From: Octopus sinensis | Lineage: Eukaryota | NCBI RefSeq assembly: GCF_006345805.1 | Contig: NW_021827573.1 | Span: forward strand, 1 to 27,882 | Reading direction: 5' to 3' | DNA: 27,882 bases | Program-made: the position numbers and the translations under genes | The notes under the pieces: model-generated | What the model was told of the DNA's origin: nothing | What the model saw: the letters and a program-made list of their open reading frames with translations, nothing else | The model's database searches: none | Shown: piece after piece, positions 23,213 through 27,882 of the stretch | How positions within the stretch are numbered: the stretch's first letter is position 1 | Layout: each line of letters starts with the position of its first letter

Positions 23213-23325
23213 ATCGAATAATTGTCACATATTGCTTTTACAGATAATTTCCTCTATTTACGTAATACCGAGGTCGCTTTCATTCTTTTGTTGTCTTTCC
23301 ATTTTTATCAATATATATATATATT

Positions 23326-23716
23326 GAGTGGCTGTGTGGTATGTAGGTTGTTTACCAACCACATTGTTCCGGGTTCAGTCCCACTGCGTGTCACCTTGGG
23401 CAACTGTCTTCTACTATAGCCTCGGGCCGACCAAAGCCTTGTGGGTGGATTTGGTAGACGGAAACTGAAAGAAGCCCGTCGTATATATGTATATATATAT
23501 ATGCGTGTGTGTGTTTGCGTGTCTATGTTTGTCCCCCTAGCATTGCTTGACAATCGATGCTGGTGTGTTTATGTTCCCGTTACTTAGCGATTCGGCAAAA
23601 GAGACCGACAGAATAAGTACTAGGCTTACAAAAGAATAAGTCCCGGGGTCGAGTTGCTCGATTAAAGGCGGTGCTCAAGCATGGCCACAGTCAAATGACT
23701 GAAACAAGTAAAGAGT
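23326..23716 (+). mobile_element. SINE family A, present only in the left arm of the inverted duplication
   Basis: Family A consensus; no mirror copy in the right arm. Confidence 0.9.
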
Positions 23717-23745
23717 GGTATATATAATATTAATATAATAATATA

Positions 23746-23788
<43 letters not shown>

Positions 23789-24049
23789 GAACTCTTCCAT
23801 CGTTAGACGCCGCATGAGTGTTCGACAATTTCTTACCGAACAACCACACGAAGGATTTGTTTAGAACTCATCAAATATTTGTGTTGACATAAGCTCACTC
23901 CTTCCATCAAATTGATATTACCTGTACAGGTGTCGAATGATGTCGAAATGATCGCAGAGCAACATGAAATGAAGTGTTTTGCTCTAGAACACAGCCCCCC
24001 CCCCAGGTCTGAGAATCGAACTCACGATGTCACAATATGCATGTGTGCG

Positions 24050-24260
24050 TGTGTGGGTCGGTGTTTGTGCCCCCAACCCCCACGGCCGCATCACTTGACA
24101 ACCGGTGTTGGTGTGGTTACATCCCCCGTAACTTAGCGGTTCGGCAAAGTGACCGATGGAATAAGTACTAGGCTTAGATATAAGTCCTGGGGTCGAACTG
24201 TTCGACAAAAACGCTCCAATATGGTGTTCCAGCATAGCCGCAAGCAAAAGATTGAAACAG
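24050..24260 (+). mobile_element. SINE A-related 3' half (mirror copy at 24877-25080, minus strand)
   Basis: cttgacaaccggtgttggtgt...cggttcggcaaagtgaccgatggaataagtactaggc. Confidence 0.85.
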
Positions 24261-24272
24261 CTATATATATAC

Positions 24273-24314
<42 letters not shown>

Positions 24315-24805
24315 TTATGTATGGACATGCATCAAAGGTTTGTGAAAATGTACAAAACGTACGATAACGTTATATGTATTGGTATAATCTTTTCCAGAAA
24401 AACTAAATGTACTCTTACGTTTTATTTAGAGAAATGAAATCTTTCAAAATTACATTTTTACACTTCCTTGTTATAATTTAACATATCTAAATGAAATATT
24501 ACGCTATTCTTTTTTTTTTTTTTGTCGGATTTATCTGAAATGCTTTCAGATAAAAGACATCGAGAAGCTTCCAGATAAATCAGAAGACAAAAAAAAAAAG
24601 AAAAAAAAGCGTAATACGTCATTTAGATATATTAAATCGTAATAACAAAGTATAAAAGTGTAATTTTCGAAGGATTTCATTTCTCTAAATGAAACGTAAA
24701 AGTACATTTAATTTTTCTGGAAAAGATTATAGCAATCCATATAATGTTATCGTACATTTTCACCAACCTTTGGTGCATGTACATACATAAATACACACAC
24801 ACACA

Positions 24806-24878
<73 letters not shown>

Positions 24879-25366
24879 CTGTTTCAGTCATTTGATTGCG
24901 GCTATGCTGGAGTACCGGAATGAAGTGTTTTTGTCGAACGATTCGACCCCAGGACTTGTTTCTAGGCCTAGTACTTATTCCATCGGTCACTTTGCCGAAA
25001 CGCTAAGTTACGGGGATGTAAAGCACACCAACGCCAGTTGTCAAGCGATAATACCGTGGGGAGTGGGGCACACCGATACACACACACATACACACACACA
25101 CACGCATATTACGAGATCGTGAGTTCGATTCCCAGACCTAGGGGTGGGCTGTGTTCTAGAGCAAAGCACTTCATTTCACTTCGCTCTGCAATCATTTCGA
25201 CATCTGGCATGTGGCACCCAGTTGCATCTGAACAGGTAATGCCAATTTGATGCAGGGAATGAGTTCATATCTAAACAAGCATTTGAACACTATAAACAAA
25301 TCATCTGTGTGGTTGTTATGTAAGAAACTGTCGAACCGTCACACGTCGTCTAAAGATGGGAGCTCC

Positions 25367-25416
<50 letters not shown>

Positions 25417-25425
25417 TATTATTAT

Positions 25426-25466
<41 letters not shown>

Positions 25467-25527
25467 GCCCGGGTTGATTCGGGTTAACCACGTAAATAAG
25501 GTACTCAATACATAGCAGAGTAAAATT

Positions 25528-25651
25528 AATTTATTATATAGAAGGAGCTCACAGGACTAGAACTGTTTCATTCAAGAGAAATCTCAGGAAGCTCCTGAAG
25601 ATTTCTCTTGAATGAAACAGTTTCTAGTCCTGTAGAAGCTCCTTCTATATA

Positions 25652-25657
<6 letters not shown>
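25528..25657. mobile_element. Short palindromic element abutting (TA)n with a hammerhead motif
   Basis: Arms meet at tcagga-agc-tcctga (25584-25598). Confidence 0.85.
25590..25640 (+). ncRNA. Type I hammerhead ribozyme motif
   Basis: Stem I AGCUC/GAAGCU (one bulge); CUGAAGA 25595-25601; short stem II UUC-ucuu-GAA with non-canonical closure; GAAA 25614-17; stem III ACAG/CUGU; GUA triplet, predicted cut after 25634. Confidence 0.6.
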
Positions 25658-25690
<33 letters not shown>

Positions 25691-25853
25691 CATATACGAT
25701 GGGCTTCTTTCAGTTTCCGGCTGCCAAATCTACGCGCAAGGCTTTGGACGGCCCGAGGCTATAGCACAAGATACTTGGCCAAGGTGCCACGCAGTGGGAC
25801 TGAACCTGGAACCTCATGTTTGGGAAACAAGCTTCTTACCACACAGCCTTATA

Positions 25854-25930
<77 letters not shown>

Positions 25931-26198
25931 GTGTGCGTGTGTGGAGGGCTCGGGGCTTGTAAGTTGTAGGTATGAACAAAATCAAAATAACAACTTCTGT
26001 TTCCTAAAGGTCCTGTTACACCCAGATCTAGAAATACGTCACAGGAAGTGGATGCCACTATTCATTTCTCTGCAGATTGCGTTTCGTCATCAGACGGTTG
26101 CTCATTCACAAATTTAAGGTCGACCCTCCCCCGCTCGTTGGTACGCATATTCACGTATACCCGAACGAGTAAATCTATGTGTCTGCTGTATGAGTGAA

Positions 26199-26231
<33 letters not shown>

Positions 26232-26504
26232 ATATGTGTTTATATACATGCACACAAATAATATACATCAGATGGGAGATGATATGAGCGAAAAACATTG
26301 ATCAAATAGCATATATATATATACTCTTTGACTTGTTTCAGCCATTTCACTGCAGACATGCTGGAGTACCACCTTAAAGGGTGTTAGTCGAAGAAATTGA
26401 CCCCAGGACTTATTCTTTGTGAGTTTAGAACTTATTCTATCGGCCTCTCACAGAAACATAAACACACCAACAGCGGTTGACAAGCGACTGCGATGGGACA
26501 AAGA

Positions 26505-26577
<73 letters not shown>

Positions 26578-26685
26578 GCACACAAATATATATTATATAT
26601 ATTATAGTATGTATGTATGTATGTATGTATGTATGCATGCATGTATGTATGTACGTATGTATGCATGCATATATATAATCTTCAA

Positions 26686-26915
26686 TTTGTTTCAGTCACT
26701 TTGACTGCGCCCATGCTGGAGCACCGCCTTTTAGTGGAAGAAATCGTCCCCAGGACTTCTTATTTATACGCCTAATATACTTATTCTATCGCTCTCTTTT
26801 GCTGAACCGGTACGATTGTTAAGCGATGGTGGAGGGACAATCCCGTAACTTAGCGGTTCGGCCAAAGAATCCGATAGAGTAATAGGCTAGCAAAGAGGGA
26901 CAACACACACACAAA
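26686..26915 (-). mobile_element. SINE A 3' part with a 54-bp inverted insertion
   Basis: Host on the minus strand; insert 26841-26894 flanked by gagggacaa twice. Confidence 0.8.
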
Positions 26916-26917
26916 CA

Positions 26918-27142
26918 TCCCTTTTCTGTCATGAATGACTATAGGATTGCGCCTAGAAACTTCCCCTCCGAAGCGCTATTCCTAGTAAGGTTGTTTATGG
27001 AAGACCAGCGATCGCCTATGCATACCACCCTCCCCTCTTCACTCCGCCGATACAGTTTGGCATCAGTTACATCGCAAATCATTTTTACAGCTGAGTGAAC
27101 TGGAACAACATAAAATTAAGTGTCTTGCTCAAGAATATAATG
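26918..27142 (-). mobile_element. SINE family C
   Basis: Reverse complement of the element at 1-127 plus 367-470. Confidence 0.8.
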
Positions 27143-27314
27143 TATCTGTGTATGTATCTACGTATGCAAAAATGCATATATATACAAAATACACATATAT
27201 ATACGAGCAATCGAATATATAAAATGGACCAAAAGCGCAATAGAGGACAATAAAACATTCGGACAGATAGACAATACAAAGGCGGACAGGAGAAATAACA
27301 ATTAGGACAAGCAA

Positions 27315-27473
27315 AGGCGAAGGAGTGGCTGTGTGGTAAGTAGCTTGCTTACGATCCACATGGTTCGGGTTCAGCCCCACTGCGTGGCACCTTGGGCAAG
27401 TGTCTTCTACTATAGCCTCGGGCCGAACAAAAGTCTTATGAGTGGATTTGGTAGACGGAAACTGAAAGAAGCT

Positions 27474-27523
<50 letters not shown>

Positions 27524-27700
27524 AGTGTTTGTGTATCTGTGTTCCCCCCACCATTTCCTGACAACACCGTAACTTAGCGGTTCGGCCAAAGAATCCGATA
27601 GACTAATAGGCTTGCAAAGAATCTGTCCTGGGGTGGAATTTGTTCGACTAAATGAGGTGCTCCTGCACGGCCGCAGTCAAATGACTGATACAAATATAGG
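27315..27700 (+). mobile_element. SINE family A (diverged)
   Basis: Family A consensus with internal (GT)n. Confidence 0.88.
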
Positions 27701-27748
27701 AAAAAAAGAATCAAAAGAACACACACACACACACACACAAACACACAA

Positions 27749-27799
<51 letters not shown>

Positions 27800-27882
27800 C
27801 ATACACACATACACAAGCCAACATGGGGAGGAGCTGTCTGTAATTAATATTGTATTGAGAATAACAGCGAATAATCAATGTG

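Larger units (their letters stand above)
23017..23246. mobile_element. Palindromic non-autonomous element with a hammerhead on each strand
   Basis: ~109-bp arms (23017-23125 / 23139-23246, about 10 differences), 13-nt spacer, directly after a long (TA)n. Confidence 0.85.
22148..26592. repeat. Old long inverted duplication (arms about 22148-24545 and 24565-26592)
   Basis: Unique segments 22400-22760 vs 25960-26320 and 23785-24545 vs 24565-25375 are reverse complements (roughly 80% by eye). Both arms share a diagnostic SINE deletion (gtgagaggccgatagaataa). Confidence 0.92.

Noticed and set aside
22148-26592. Inverted duplication as an assembly artefact
   Set aside because: The arms are substantially diverged and carry arm-specific insertions, which a mis-assembly would not produce.

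Overview
Eukaryotic, gene-poor, repeat-saturated window, most likely from an octopus (coleoid cephalopod). This is inferred from the SINE families and the microsatellite load and was not database-checked. No intact protein-coding gene is supported: the long ORFs in the track are translations of di/tri/tetranucleotide microsatellites. The window holds many copies of three tRNA-derived SINE families (called A, B, C here), some nested with clear target-site duplications, plus two RTE-LINE 3' fragments, a decayed Penelope-like (RT/GIY-YIG) retroelement, mariner-, piggyBac- and TA-flanked MITEs and a Helentron-like element. The most notable part is 21.8-26.6 kb. Three unrelated short palindromic elements each abut a (TA)n tract and carry Type I hammerhead ribozyme motifs: one with a full core on both strands, one with a near-intact plus-strand core, one with only the GAAAC half. 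Two of them sit inside an old ~4.4 kb inverted duplication whose centre has a fold-back micro-hairpin. All alignments, folds and identities were done by eye.
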